A DNA stretch of 64,000 nucleotides from Thermoplasmata archaeon (GTDB lineage: Archaea > Thermoplasmatota > Thermoplasmata > Lutacidiplasmatales > UBA184): contig JAKIWL010000003.1 of NCBI GenBank assembly GCA_022750055.1, positions 55,300 to 119,299 of the forward strand. The letters are read 5' to 3'. The notes under the pieces are model-generated. The model was not told the origin of the DNA. It saw only the letters and a list, made by a program, of their open reading frames with translations, and ran no database searches. Of this stretch, positions 54,544 to 64,000 are shown in pieces. Each line of letters opens with the position of its first letter. The stretch's first letter is position 1. The position numbers and the translations under genes were made by a program.

Positions 54544-55483
54544 CCGCGCGCAGGATGGCGCCGCCGACGAGCCATTGTACGATGACCCCCAGGTGGTCGA
54601 CGATAGCGCCCGGATACGGCTCCCTGCGGCGGGATCGAACGTCGTTCGTAGTCGACACAAACACGACGTCTCCGTCGGTTGCCGAGTGGGCGGGATCGAC
54701 CGCCCGGGCCATGCCGTCGTGCGCGTAGACCGCCAATCGCTGGAGCGCGGCGCGGCCCAATGGGACATCCGTAACCACCGCAACGAGGGTGGTTCCCCGC
54801 TGCCGGGCGATTCGACTGCCGAAGCCTCGGACGGTATGGAGCGGGATGACCGCACCCGTACGATCCCGGGGACCCTCAACGAACACGCCCGATTCCGGGT
54901 CGCGTACGGCGCCAACGGAGTTGACGGCAACGAGCGCGCCGACCCGGCCGAGCCCGCGTTGCTCGAACGCCGCCGACCCGATCCCTCCACGAGCGGCCCG
55001 CTCCCGGCCCAGGTACTTACCGACCGTCGCACCGGCGCCCGCCCCGACCGACCCCATGGTGACCGGCGATCGGGAGGCGATCTTCGCCGCTCGGTATCCG
55101 AGCCTCTCATAGTTCGGAAGGCGACCTGCCGTCCCGGGGAGGTCGAAGAGTATCGCTCCGGAGATCGGGACGATCAAGTTCGGGTTGTCGAACACCCGGA
55201 CGCCCCCGCCTCGCTCGAGAATGGCTCTGCGGATCCCGCTCGCCGCGTCGAGGCCGTAGAGGCTGCCCCCCGAGAAGAAAATCGCCTGACGATACCCGAA
55301 GGTGGCGTCCAGGGCGAGAGAGGCGGTGTCGTAGGTTCCGGAGGCGCCCCCACGCACATCTACCACCGTCGGGGACGGAGAGTCGAAGACGACCGCGCTG
55401 ACCCCGCTCCCGTTCCCGCTCGACTCGGCCTGACCGACGGAGACGCCTCGGACATCCGCCAGGGTGGAGGGAGCCGGCACCAC
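54476..55483 (-). CDS. DmpA/ArgJ-like peptidase S58 (L-aminopeptidase/D-Ala-esterase family)
   Basis: VVDVRGGASGTYDT…, Gly-rich Ntn-hydrolase pattern. 335 aa. Confidence 0.7.
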   Translation of the reverse strand: MVPAPSTLADVRGVSVGQAESSGNGSGVSAVVFDSPSPTVVDVRGGASGTYDTASLALDATFGYRQAIFFSGGSLYGLDAASGIRRAILERGGGVRVFDNPNLIVPISGAILFDLPGTAGRLPNYERLGYRAAKIASRSPVTMGSVGAGAGATVGKYLGRERAARGGIGSAAFEQRGLGRVGALVAVNSVGAVRDPESGVFVEGPRDRTGAVIPLHTVRGFGSRIARQRGTTLVAVVTDVPLGRAALQRLAVYAHDGMARAVDPAHSATDGDVVFVSTTNDVRSRRREPYPGAIVDHLGVIVQWLVGGAILRAVKVPWTEATPPSGARRSLADRG

Positions 55484-55573
55484 GCGCCCCTATCCCGTCT
55501 CGGGCGTAAGAAACCGCGCCCGTTCCACGGGGTCCCGGACACGCTTAAGGGGATTCGCCAATACTGACTCCGA

Positions 55574-56158
55574 ATGGCTGCTCGTCGTCGATCGGAGAAG
55601 GAGGCCAAGCTGCCGTCCGGGTTCACGATCACGCGGGAGCTGCCGCCGGGACGACACCCGCTTCTCGCCGCGTTCCCCGATCTCGGCCGACTCGAAGCGG
55701 CCGGGCGACTCGAACCGGATTCGGCCGCCCGTACCCGCCTGTTCGAGGAGACCTGCGTTCAAGTGGTCGAGCAGGACGTCTGGATGTACGTCGCCCCGCA
55801 CTCCCTACCGAAGGCGATGCGCCGACGCTGGAAACCCCACGTCTCGCCCGGTTCGGATTGCATCGTCGTCGGCGCCGAACACCTGAAGGAGAGCCCGGCC
55901 CTCATCCTCTACCTCGACATCTTCCACGAGCTCTGCCACATCCGACAACGACAGGCGGGGCTGGAGCTGTTCGACCGATCGGAGAGCTACGTGCGGCGAC
56001 CCACCGAGATCGAGGCGTACCGCTTCGCGGTCGAGGAGGCCCGTCGGCTGGGCGTCTCCGACGAGGTTCTGAGAGACTACCTGAGGGTGGAGTGGGTCAC
56101 CGAGGACGAGCTGCTCGACCTGTTCAAATCGGTCGGGGTCTCCCCGGCCTCGACCTGA
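55574..56158 (+). CDS. hypothetical protein with HExxH motif (putative zinc metallopeptidase-like)
   Basis: LDIFHELCHIRQ carries H-E-x-x-H. No family recognised. Confidence 0.45.
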   Translation: MAARRRSEKEAKLPSGFTITRELPPGRHPLLAAFPDLGRLEAAGRLEPDSAARTRLFEETCVQVVEQDVWMYVAPHSLPKAMRRRWKPHVSPGSDCIVVGAEHLKESPALILYLDIFHELCHIRQRQAGLELFDRSESYVRRPTEIEAYRFAVEEARRLGVSDEVLRDYLRVEWVTEDELLDLFKSVGVSPAST

Positions 56159-56252
56159 ACCGGTCCGGGCCGGACCGCCTTCGGCCGGAACCGAGGATTT
56201 ATCGGCAACCGCCCTCGTCAGAACCCTCCGCACGACCGGGAGGGGGGAGTCG

Positions 56253-57656
56253 TTGGACATCAAGACCCCGGCCCCCATCCGCCCCTCGACGAGCGACCTG
56301 TGGTTCTTCTCCTACCTTCCCCTCGCCATCTCCGACGGCATCGCCACCCCGCTGATCCCGCTCCTGGCGCTGCAGGAGTTCGGAGCCTCGGCCTTCGTCG
56401 TGACGATCATCGTCGCCGCGAGCGCGATGAGCCAGGTCCCGTTCACGATCCTGTGGGGCAACCTCTCGGACCGGGTCGCGCACCGCAAGTTCTTCCTCGT
56501 GGGGTCGTTCCTCGCGACGGGCGTCTCGATCGTCCTCATCGCGGCCGCGTCGACGCTGATGAGCTACTTCTGGCTGAATGTGGTCGAAGGATTGGCGTCC
56601 GCGGCGAGCGCCCCGATCGGCACGATGCTCCTTCTGGAGACGCGTCAGAAGCGCTGGTGGCCCCAGGACATCGGGATGTTCGGGCTGATCTCCGGTGTCG
56701 GTAGCACCGTCGGGCTCGCCATCGGCATCCTGTGGCTGTTCGTCGTCGGCCTCCACCAGCCGGTCGTCGAGACGATGCGCGGCCTGCTGGTGCTCTCCGG
56801 GGCGCTCTCGCTTCTCGCGGCGGGGATCGCGTGGGTTTGGATCGAGGAGCCGGCGGTCCGCCTCGAACGGCGGAGTCTCGCCGACCTCGTCAACCTGCAC
56901 CGGGGCGTCATCGAACGGGTCCGCCACTTCCGAAGCCGCGTGCTCAACATCGTCGACCTGACCCGGGGGGGCCCGGAGCGGATCCCCCGCCGGGAGGTCC
57001 TCTTCCTGGCCGCCCTCGGGGTCATGTGCGTCGGGTTCGACATGTTCTACGGTCCGTTCCCGGTCTTCCTCTGGCAGACGGCCCGGTTCTCCGATGCGGG
57101 GGTCTTCATCGCCTACCTCGCAGCGAGCGCCGCGTCCTCGGCGCTGTTCTACCATTCCGGTCTGGCGGTCGAGATCCATTCGCCGAAGAACGTCTTTCTC
57201 GAATCGCTCGGCGCGCGGGTGGTGCTGCTGTTACTTTTCCTGTGGGGCCCGGCCTACGTCCTGTTCGGACTCGGGTCCCCGGCGCTCCTGGGTTGGGTGA
57301 GCGTGCTCAATGCCCTGATGGGTGTCTCCTGGGCATTCGTCAGCACCGCGAGTACCCTGTTCCTGGTGCGGCTCGTCGGGAGGACGAACCGAGGTCGCGC
57401 CCTCGGGCTGTACAATGCGATCGGCGGCGCCGGAGGATTGCTCGGGACCCTCCTCGGCGGCTGGATGTTCGTCACCTTCGGTGTCACCTTCGCGTACGAC
57501 GTGGCCGCGCTGACCATCGGGCTCGGCGCCGTTCTGCTCCTTCCGATCCCCTACCACATGTTCCTCGTCCCCCACACGGCCCGAGCCCGCCGCCCCACCC
57601 GCGCCCCCGAGCGGGTCCCGGTCGCGTTCGACACGCTGCCGAAGATCCCTCGATGA
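56253..57656 (+). CDS. MFS transporter
   Basis: 467 aa, ~12 hydrophobic segments, an MFS-like loop between TM2 and TM3 (GNLSDRVAHRK). TTG start. Confidence 0.8.
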   Translation: MDIKTPAPIRPSTSDLWFFSYLPLAISDGIATPLIPLLALQEFGASAFVVTIIVAASAMSQVPFTILWGNLSDRVAHRKFFLVGSFLATGVSIVLIAAASTLMSYFWLNVVEGLASAASAPIGTMLLLETRQKRWWPQDIGMFGLISGVGSTVGLAIGILWLFVVGLHQPVVETMRGLLVLSGALSLLAAGIAWVWIEEPAVRLERRSLADLVNLHRGVIERVRHFRSRVLNIVDLTRGGPERIPRREVLFLAALGVMCVGFDMFYGPFPVFLWQTARFSDAGVFIAYLAASAASSALFYHSGLAVEIHSPKNVFLESLGARVVLLLLFLWGPAYVLFGLGSPALLGWVSVLNALMGVSWAFVSTASTLFLVRLVGRTNRGRALGLYNAIGGAGGLLGTLLGGWMFVTFGVTFAYDVAALTIGLGAVLLLPIPYHMFLVPHTARARRPTRAPERVPVAFDTLPKIPR

Positions 57657-57708
57657 ACCGTCGTGGACCGCACCCCGATTTTCGGAAAAGGGAATATACG
57701 CCACCACG

Positions 57709-58278
57709 ATGAGCGGCCCCATGGCCGGGATGAATTCGCCGACGGTCGTCGGCGACCCGACCGGCGTAGGACCGAGCCCCGCCTCGTCGGGAGCACCTAC
57801 CGGATCGGGATTCGCGGCCACGCCCCCTGTCCAGCCGACTCGCTCCGCGGGTGCCTGGAAAGGATGGGTCGTGCTGATCGCCACGGTCCTGATCGTGGCG
57901 GGGGCTGTGGCCTATGTTTCGTTCGGGGGTTCTGGACCGAAGCCGAAGGTCTTGTTGAAGAGCGGGACCGGGATCGAGATCCCCGCCGGAGAGTACTTTG
58001 CCGTCCCGGTCTCCGTCTCGAAGAGCGCGACCCTCTCAGGTAGCCTCGATTCCGGCGACGGGGTCGCGGTCTACCTGATGAACCCGTCCACGTACAACGT
58101 GTTCCACGGCTCGGGACGAACCGCGGGATCGCAGTGGAGCTCGGGGGTCGTTCACAACGGGTCTTTCGAGGTGTTCTTCGGCTCCGGTTCCTGGGAGGTC
58201 GTTTTCGAGGCGACCGATCCGAGCCTGCCGACGGAGTTCATCGCGACGAGCGATCTCACCGTCACGACCTCGACGTAG
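57709..58278 (+). CDS. membrane-anchored protein with predicted extracytoplasmic beta-rich domain, hypothetical
   Basis: Ser/Pro/Gly-rich N-terminus, one TM helix (WVVLIATVLIVAGAVAYV), then a ~110-aa domain. Confidence 0.45.
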   Translation: MSGPMAGMNSPTVVGDPTGVGPSPASSGAPTGSGFAATPPVQPTRSAGAWKGWVVLIATVLIVAGAVAYVSFGGSGPKPKVLLKSGTGIEIPAGEYFAVPVSVSKSATLSGSLDSGDGVAVYLMNPSTYNVFHGSGRTAGSQWSSGVVHNGSFEVFFGSGSWEVVFEATDPSLPTEFIATSDLTVTTST

Positions 58279-58351
58279 GGGAACCGGCCGACCGAGTGGC
58301 GGTACGCCCGCCACGCGAGCCGCTATACGGGAGGCTTGGTACTGAGGAACC

Positions 58352-58804
58352 ATGGTCGTCGATTTTGAGCTGAAGAAGAGTCCGAAGTATCGGGTCGCTT
58401 CCCTGAGCCGCCGGGGGCCGTGGAAGCCCGACCATCTGCGAACCGAGTTCAGGACCCTGGCTGCCTGGGCCAAGAAAGGTCGAGTACGGTCCGGACGATG
58501 GATCTTCGTCCACGGAGCCGACGACCGCTTCCTCGCCTGCCTGGAGGTGTTCGGAGCGGCCCGACCCGAGGGTCCGATCCGGCTGCGGACGCTCCCGGCG
58601 ACGATGGTCGCGAGCGTCACCTTCGACCCCGATCAGGTCTCGCCCCGCCTCGTCTATCATGGATTGCAGGACTGGCTGCGCTGGCGCAGGCGAGAGAAGA
58701 AGATCCGCCGGGTCGGCTCGTCCCGCGAAGTTTATTCCGGGGACCCGTGGACCAATCCGAGAGCCTGGGCCCGTTGCGAAGTCCAGTTCATCGTCCGGAC
58801 CTAA
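58352..58804 (+). CDS. GyrI-like small-molecule-binding domain protein
   Basis: SPKYRVASLSRRGPWKPDH… resembles AraC-effector/GyrI-like domains. 150 aa. Confidence 0.6.
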   Translation: MVVDFELKKSPKYRVASLSRRGPWKPDHLRTEFRTLAAWAKKGRVRSGRWIFVHGADDRFLACLEVFGAARPEGPIRLRTLPATMVASVTFDPDQVSPRLVYHGLQDWLRWRRREKKIRRVGSSREVYSGDPWTNPRAWARCEVQFIVRT

Positions 58805-58902
58805 CGTCCGGGGGGACGCGCCCTCGCCCCGGTCGGAAGGCAGCCGGGACCCGAGCCATCCCATCCTGTCGAGGTGGGGCCCGGAGCGCGGGCCGTCGTC
58901 GT

Positions 58903-60045
58903 GTGGACCGCTCCCCGCTCGTCGAGATCTCGTGGGCCGTGACGCCCTCCGTGACCTTCAATTCCCCGCGCGCGTGCGTTCCGTCCTTGGACGCGTGGGC
59001 CGAAGTCGACTTGTCCCTGCTCGAGGGCGTCTCCTTTCGATGCCGCCCTGGCTGCGGCCTCTGCTGCTTCACCACTCCCGCCGCCGACCCGAGGGAAGCC
59101 GAGCGGCTCATCCAGCTCGATCCGAACGTCCCCTGGTTGGAGGGGGAAGACGGGTGGCGATTCGTTGCGGGCCAGGGTGACGGGGGAGCGTGTGGCTTCC
59201 TTTCCCGATGCGAGTGCCGAGCCTATCCAGCACGCCCGTTCTGCTGTCGGGAGTACCCGCTTTCCGTCCACCTCGGATTCCGCGCCCAGGCGACGGTTGT
59301 CCTCTCCTGTCCGGGGGTCACAGTGGCGGGCTGGGGGAATCCGACGGACGCGGCCTCCCTCCGCTTACCGCCATCAGGCCTGTCGGAAGAACTCGAAGCG
59401 GCGCACGAGGAGTTCGAGCACCAACCTCACGCGCATCGACTCGCGGAGTGCGCACGCCGTTGGAGGGTCCTCGAGGGTCGCCTCCGCCGTCGAGGGAGCT
59501 GGTCGACCCCCGAGGAGATCTCCGATTCCCTTCGCCCGCATCTGCGGATCCTGGCTCGATCCGGCTTCCCGCCCCCACCACCGCCGCCCAGCTCCGGTGG
59601 GGTGGAGAACCTGCCTCTGGTCTTCGACCCGGACCTTGGGTTGATCTCGATCGCAGACCATCCGGCGGGTTGGGAGGTCCTCTCCGTCGAGGAGAAGGGA
59701 GGGCCGCCTCGATCGTTGGGGGTCTGGCCGGCTCCCGACCAACCGCCTTCGGTGACCGCCGACGGGAATCGCGTCCTTGAGTCGTACCTCGAGTACCTGT
59801 TACGACGAGACTTCACGTACTGGTCCGCGGCGGAACGACTCCGGACGAATCGGGGCGGTTCCCTACTCGAGGAGGTCGGGGCGGACCTCGAACGGTTCGG
59901 CGCGCTCGTCCTCGCCCGGGCCCAGCTGCTGGAGCGACTTCACCCGAGCGAGGGGGGACCCCTGACGGCCGAGCGGGTCTGGGATGGCGTCCGCGCCACC
60001 GACGGGGAGTATCTCGACCGTCCTACCCTCGGATGGGTCCTCTGA
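58903..60045 (+). CDS. YkgJ/UPF0153-family Fe-S or zinc-chelating domain protein with long C-terminal extension
   Basis: FRCRPGCGLCCF…GGACGFL…CECRAYPARPFCCREYP is the CxxCxxCC-type cluster. The start is uncertain (in-frame GTG 58903 or 58939). Upstream track-ORF sequence overlaps the GyrI-like gene. Confidence 0.5.
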   Translation: MDRSPLVEISWAVTPSVTFNSPRACVPSLDAWAEVDLSLLEGVSFRCRPGCGLCCFTTPAADPREAERLIQLDPNVPWLEGEDGWRFVAGQGDGGACGFLSRCECRAYPARPFCCREYPLSVHLGFRAQATVVLSCPGVTVAGWGNPTDAASLRLPPSGLSEELEAAHEEFEHQPHAHRLAECARRWRVLEGRLRRRGSWSTPEEISDSLRPHLRILARSGFPPPPPPPSSGGVENLPLVFDPDLGLISIADHPAGWEVLSVEEKGGPPRSLGVWPAPDQPPSVTADGNRVLESYLEYLLRRDFTYWSAAERLRTNRGGSLLEEVGADLERFGALVLARAQLLERLHPSEGGPLTAERVWDGVRATDGEYLDRPTLGWVL

Positions 60046-60139
60046 GGTCTGCGGCCGGACCCGGAGTCCACGACCGGTCTCTTATCCTAGGCGAAACTGG
60101 GGACGCCAGGCCGGGACCCTCGAACGTCCGCCCCATCTG

Positions 60140-61489
60140 ATGAACGACGCCGAGCGACCGAACCCACCCTCGACCTCCCAAGAAGAGGGCGGGACCTTCG
60201 AGGATCTGCCGCTCCACCCGAAGATTCGCCAAGGGATCCGTGAACTCGGGTATCGTTCTCCGACCCCGATCCAACGTCGGACGATCCCCGACGCGGTCGG
60301 GGGGCGGGACCTGATCGGAACGGCGCAGACCGGTACGGGCAAGACCGCGGCGTTCCTGCTTCCGATCCTGGAACGACTCCTCGATCAACCGACGGGCCGC
60401 ATCCTGGCGCTCGCCCTCACACCGACCCGGGAACTCGCGATCCAGGCGGAGGACTTCCTCCACAAGCTCGGCCGTCACACACGTCTGCGGGGCGCCGCCG
60501 TCTACGGAGGGGTCGGGATGGGGGACCAGGAGCGCGCGCTTCGGGGAGGGGCCGAGATCATCGTAGCCACGCCCGGTCGCCTCCTCGACCATATGTCCCG
60601 CGGGTACGTCCGATTCCAGGACGTCCGCATCGTCGTGCTCGACGAGGCGGACCGAATGCTCGACATGGGCTTCCTCCCGGACGTTCGCCGGATCCTCTCC
60701 GAGCTTCCCCGACAACGCCAGACGATGCTCTTCTCGGCCACGATGCCGCCGGAGGTCGTTCGGCTCGCGAAGGACTTCCTCGTCGATCCGAAGACGGTCC
60801 AGGTCGGGCCGACGACCGCGGCCGCCGTCGGGGTGAGCCACCTCGCGCTGCCGGTTCCGGCCCATCTGAAGACCGACCTCCTCGTCGAGCTTCTGCACGA
60901 CGAAACGATGACGAGCGTGCTCGTCTTCGTCCGGACGAAGCACCGGGCCGACCGGGTCGCGCGCCAACTCGAGCACTCCGGCGTGCCGGCCTCGATCATT
61001 CACGGCGACCGGAGCCAGGGCCAGCGGATCCGCGCGCTCGAGGGATTCCGCGAGGGCCGTAGCCGGATCCTCGTGGCGACGGACATCGCAGCGCGGGGGA
61101 TCGACGTGGAGGGCGTGAGTCACGTGGTCAACTACGACGTGCCCCACGAGGCCGACATCTACATCCACCGGGTCGGTCGGACCGCTCGGGCGAAGAAGCT
61201 AGGGGATGCGTTTACCCTTGTCGCGCCGGAGGAGGAAGAGGACTTTCTGCGGATCGAGCAGTTGATCGGGTTCACCATCCGGCGCGCAACGATCCCCGGC
61301 TTCACCTACAACCGGGCCGCCCCCGAACGCCGCGAGATGTTCCGGGGCCCTCGTGGCGGTGGCCGTGGCCCCCCGCGCGGGCGGGGACGCGGCGGTCCGC
61401 CCCCGCGGGACCGTTCCGGTCGACGTCCGTCTAGCGGCCGGCGACGTCCCGACGCGTCCCCCGGCCGCGACCGGCGTCCGACGTGGTGA
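60140..61489 (+). CDS. DEAD-box ATP-dependent RNA helicase with RGG-rich C-terminal tail
   Basis: Q-motif PTPIQ, AQTGTGKT, VLDEADRMLDMGF, SAT, HRVGRTAR. C-terminal GGGRGPPRGRGRGGPP. Start set at the internal ATG 60140. Confidence 0.9.
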   Translation: MNDAERPNPPSTSQEEGGTFEDLPLHPKIRQGIRELGYRSPTPIQRRTIPDAVGGRDLIGTAQTGTGKTAAFLLPILERLLDQPTGRILALALTPTRELAIQAEDFLHKLGRHTRLRGAAVYGGVGMGDQERALRGGAEIIVATPGRLLDHMSRGYVRFQDVRIVVLDEADRMLDMGFLPDVRRILSELPRQRQTMLFSATMPPEVVRLAKDFLVDPKTVQVGPTTAAAVGVSHLALPVPAHLKTDLLVELLHDETMTSVLVFVRTKHRADRVARQLEHSGVPASIIHGDRSQGQRIRALEGFREGRSRILVATDIAARGIDVEGVSHVVNYDVPHEADIYIHRVGRTARAKKLGDAFTLVAPEEEEDFLRIEQLIGFTIRRATIPGFTYNRAAPERREMFRGPRGGGRGPPRGRGRGGPPPRDRSGRRPSSGRRRPDASPGRDRRPTW

Positions 61490-61499
61490 GGGCCGAGGC

Positions 61500-62660
61500 C
61501 TAGGGCGGCGCGGGGAACGCGACCCCGAGCTCCTCCGAAAGCTCCTCGACGAGGAATCGGGAGGTCTCGCCGGCACCCGGTCGCTTCGGAGCGCCGGGCG
61601 GATCGGTCCACGAAACTGGGGCCTCTTCGCCGGTTTCCCGCTCGAATTCGGCGCGCCACGACCCGGGGAGCGGACCGTCCCCCCGATCCGACCCGGCGAG
61701 GAGGAGGCCCGCCCGAGCGAGAACTCGCGCGACGTGGGCGGGTGCGTAGCCGCCCCCGCCGGTGACGAGGATCCGGCCCCCACAGAGTTCCTCCGCGAGC
61801 CCTACCAGTTCGCGGAGGACCGAGGCGTACCCCTCGGGACCGTAGCGCAGCCCGGCAAGGCGATCTCCGGCATGGCCATCGACCCCGTGTTGGAGGATGA
61901 TGAGGTCCGGCCGGAACGTTCGAAACATCGTCGGCATCACGCTGTGAAGCGTCGGGACTAGCACCTCGTCGCCCGCGCCGGGGGGCACGGGGAGATTCAC
62001 TTTCAGGCCGGCGCCGTCCCCGGTCCCGGACTCCCCGATCCGGCCCGTGCCGGGGAACAGGGTGCGCCCATCCTGGTGCACGTCGATGTCCAAGACCCGG
62101 CCGTTCCCATAGAATCCGTACATCACGCCGTCGCCATGGTGCGCATCGATGTCCACGTAGGCGACCTTCCCGAACGGGCGGCCGGGGCCGACGAACGACG
62201 CGATGGCCACCGCCACGTCGTTGAAGATGCAGAATCCGCTCGCCGAACCGGGGTGGGCGTGATGGAGGCCGCCGGCGGGATGGAAGGCTCGTCGGCTCGG
62301 TCCGGAGGCGATCGACTCCAGACCCCGGAGCGCGCCGTTGACGATCCGTCCCGCCGCCTCGTAGCATCCCGGGAACGACGGTGTGTCGCCGGAGTCGAGC
62401 GGGGGGGCGCCTTTTTCGGAGGACCTTTGTTCGACCAGGTCGAGAAACTCCTCTTGGTGAAACCGCGCGAGCTCGGTCCGCCCCGCCGGGGATATCCCGG
62501 AGACGAGGGCGGCCCGAGCAGGATCCCGAAACAGACCTGACCGTTCCATCAAGTGGACCGCCAGCTCGCGGGTCCCTTCCTGGAACGGATGGTTCGGACC
62601 GAAGTCATACGAGCGAAACGCCGGATCCCAAAGGACGGGTAGCACCGGGCCTCGGGCCAT
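61500..62660 (-). CDS. histone deacetylase / acetoin utilization AcuC / acetylpolyamine amidohydrolase family
   Basis: FCIFNDVAVA, YVDIDAHHGDGV, GGGGY. Confidence 0.85.
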   Translation of the reverse strand: MARGPVLPVLWDPAFRSYDFGPNHPFQEGTRELAVHLMERSGLFRDPARAALVSGISPAGRTELARFHQEEFLDLVEQRSSEKGAPPLDSGDTPSFPGCYEAAGRIVNGALRGLESIASGPSRRAFHPAGGLHHAHPGSASGFCIFNDVAVAIASFVGPGRPFGKVAYVDIDAHHGDGVMYGFYGNGRVLDIDVHQDGRTLFPGTGRIGESGTGDGAGLKVNLPVPPGAGDEVLVPTLHSVMPTMFRTFRPDLIILQHGVDGHAGDRLAGLRYGPEGYASVLRELVGLAEELCGGRILVTGGGGYAPAHVARVLARAGLLLAGSDRGDGPLPGSWRAEFERETGEEAPVSWTDPPGAPKRPGAGETSRFLVEELSEELGVAFPAPP

Positions 62661-62828
62661 CGAAGTCGGCTGGGCGCGAACGCGGATAGGCCCTTCGCGG
62701 TCGGCCGATGGCGCGTCCCGTCCGTCCCGGCGTCCCCCCCCGGGGTCACGGGAGGCGAGAGGCCCGCCTCGGCTCCGGACCCGCTCGTCTTAAGAGCCGG
62801 ACCTCGTCGACGAGACGGGAAGCAGGCG

Positions 62829-63053
62829 ATGGCGATCGAGGACGAGCTCTCCGGGAATGCGGTAAAGGTGTACAAGGCGATGAAGGAGCTCGGCTATCTG
62901 AACGAAGAGAAGATGGGTACCGCCGAACGGATCACCCAATCGGCAAAGCTTCCCAAGACGATGGTCATGAACGCCCTGCAGGACCTTCAGACGAAGGGAT
63001 TTGCCCGCCGGAAGGTGCGCGAGAAGGCGGCGGGCTACTTCCTAACGAAGTAA
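62829..63053 (+). CDS. small winged-helix protein (74 aa), hypothetical
   Basis: AVKVYKAMKELGYLNEEKMGTAERITQSAKLPKTMVMNALQDLQTKGFARRK has the wHTH pattern. Confidence 0.4.
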   Translation: MAIEDELSGNAVKVYKAMKELGYLNEEKMGTAERITQSAKLPKTMVMNALQDLQTKGFARRKVREKAAGYFLTK

Positions 63054-63061
63054 GCCAGCCC

Positions 63062-63991
63062 CTACGCGGGGCCCGGCGGGGCCGGCCGCGGGATCAGGTT
63101 CTCGAGCAGCCGGCTCGTGGATCGGAGGGTAACTTCCGTCACCGCGCTGACGCGCGCGACCTGGGCGCGGGATCGACGCTCTCCGGAGCGCTCTGAAGCG
63201 ACATAGATGAGGGCCGCGACCAACCCGTGGGCCGAGATACCCGACACCTCCGGGCTCTGGTCCACCTCCTCGAGCATCTCCTCAACGCTGGAACGGACGG
63301 TCTGCGAGAGCGCGAGCTCCTCGGCGTACCGCGCGAGGAACGCCCTCGCCGCGATCGTCGGCACTCCGATCCCTCCCGATCGACGAAGGAGCTTGAAGAC
63401 CCGCCCGACCTCCGAGCGGCTCGCCCCGGCCCCCCTCGCCATCTCGCCGAGGGTACGCGGGATCGAGTACCGTCGGCAGGCCGCATAGAGGGTCGCGCCC
63501 ACGCTCGACGGCAGGTTGCGGCCCCGGAACACCCCCCGGGCCTTGCATTCCCGGTAGATCCGCTCGGCTTCCTCGATGACCACGGCGGGGAACTCCATCC
63601 GCTGCCCGACGAGCTCGATCTCCGATCGGGCCTGTGAACGGTCGAGGACCCCCTCGACAGCGCGCGCGGTCTGGCGGTGCATCACGCGCTTGAGGTGTTG
63701 AAAGGTGTAACGGGCATGCCAGTCGAGCGGGCGACCCTGCCCGTCGCGGTACCCCGAGAGCGTGGACCCGAGGGTCCTCCGTCGGTTGACGGGATTGGAA
63801 TACGGACCGATCCCACGGCCACTGCCCTCCCCCGAAAGGGTCGTCGAGGCGAGCGGGGGCGTGGCGATGAGTTCGGACCCCTCGAACACGATCCCACACT
63901 GCTCGCAGGTCTCCTCGCAGCGTATCGGGTCGATGATGCGATGCCCCCCGCAGCTCGGGCAAAGTGGGGTCGTGCCGATCCCGGAGACCAC
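63062..63991 (-). CDS. tfb: transcription initiation factor IIB (TFB)
   Basis: N-terminal zinc ribbon CPSCGG…CEQCGIVFE. B-reader and two cyclin-like repeats. 309 aa. Confidence 0.9.
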   Translation of the reverse strand: MVSGIGTTPLCPSCGGHRIIDPIRCEETCEQCGIVFEGSELIATPPLASTTLSGEGSGRGIGPYSNPVNRRRTLGSTLSGYRDGQGRPLDWHARYTFQHLKRVMHRQTARAVEGVLDRSQARSEIELVGQRMEFPAVVIEEAERIYRECKARGVFRGRNLPSSVGATLYAACRRYSIPRTLGEMARGAGASRSEVGRVFKLLRRSGGIGVPTIAARAFLARYAEELALSQTVRSSVEEMLEEVDQSPEVSGISAHGLVAALIYVASERSGERRSRAQVARVSAVTEVTLRSTSRLLENLIPRPAPPGPA

Positions 63992-64000
63992 CGCCCGGCC

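Overview
High-GC (~68%) archaeal chromosomal segment. Archaeal hallmarks include TFB, a group II chaperonin (thermosome), fibrillarin/Nop5/Nop10, aIF-2alpha, aIF-5A, r-proteins L44e/S27e/L1/L10/L12, Trm56, mevalonate kinase and a cis-prenyltransferase. Proteins are Arg/Ala-rich and basic rather than acidic, which argues against a haloarchaeon. No tools were available, so all calls rest on reading the six-frame track and the DNA by eye: conserved motifs, gene-order logic, and hand-counted third-codon-position GC (real frames here run about 85% GC3 against a background near 68%). The window is mostly housekeeping genes in tight operons with frequent 4-nt start/stop overlaps. Many long ORFs in the track are antisense artefacts of the GC content and were discarded. 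The features most worth a second look are these. First, a 1393-aa protein joins a catalytically degenerate class Ia aminoacyl-tRNA synthetase paralog (HIGH and KMSKS both lost, editing-domain and anticodon-binding signatures kept) to a HhH motif, a Pro-rich linker and a C-terminal DUF835 domain. It sits directly upstream of, and on the same strand as, an archaeal-type D-aminoacyl-tRNA deacylase. Second, two tRNA genes (Glu-CUC and Asp-GUC) only fold into cloverleaves if a ~30-nt intron is removed from the 3' side of the T-arm, a non-canonical intron position. Third, a 1495-aa alpha-helical repeat protein has no recognisable catalytic motif. Fourth, a ~500-nt hairpin-dense non-coding stretch lies next to an N-terminally truncated FMN-reductase homolog. 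Fifth, a PAPS-synthesis, sulfotransferase and glycosyltransferase cluster is present. Sixth, an identical AT-rich 15-mer occurs twice, on both sides of one gene.
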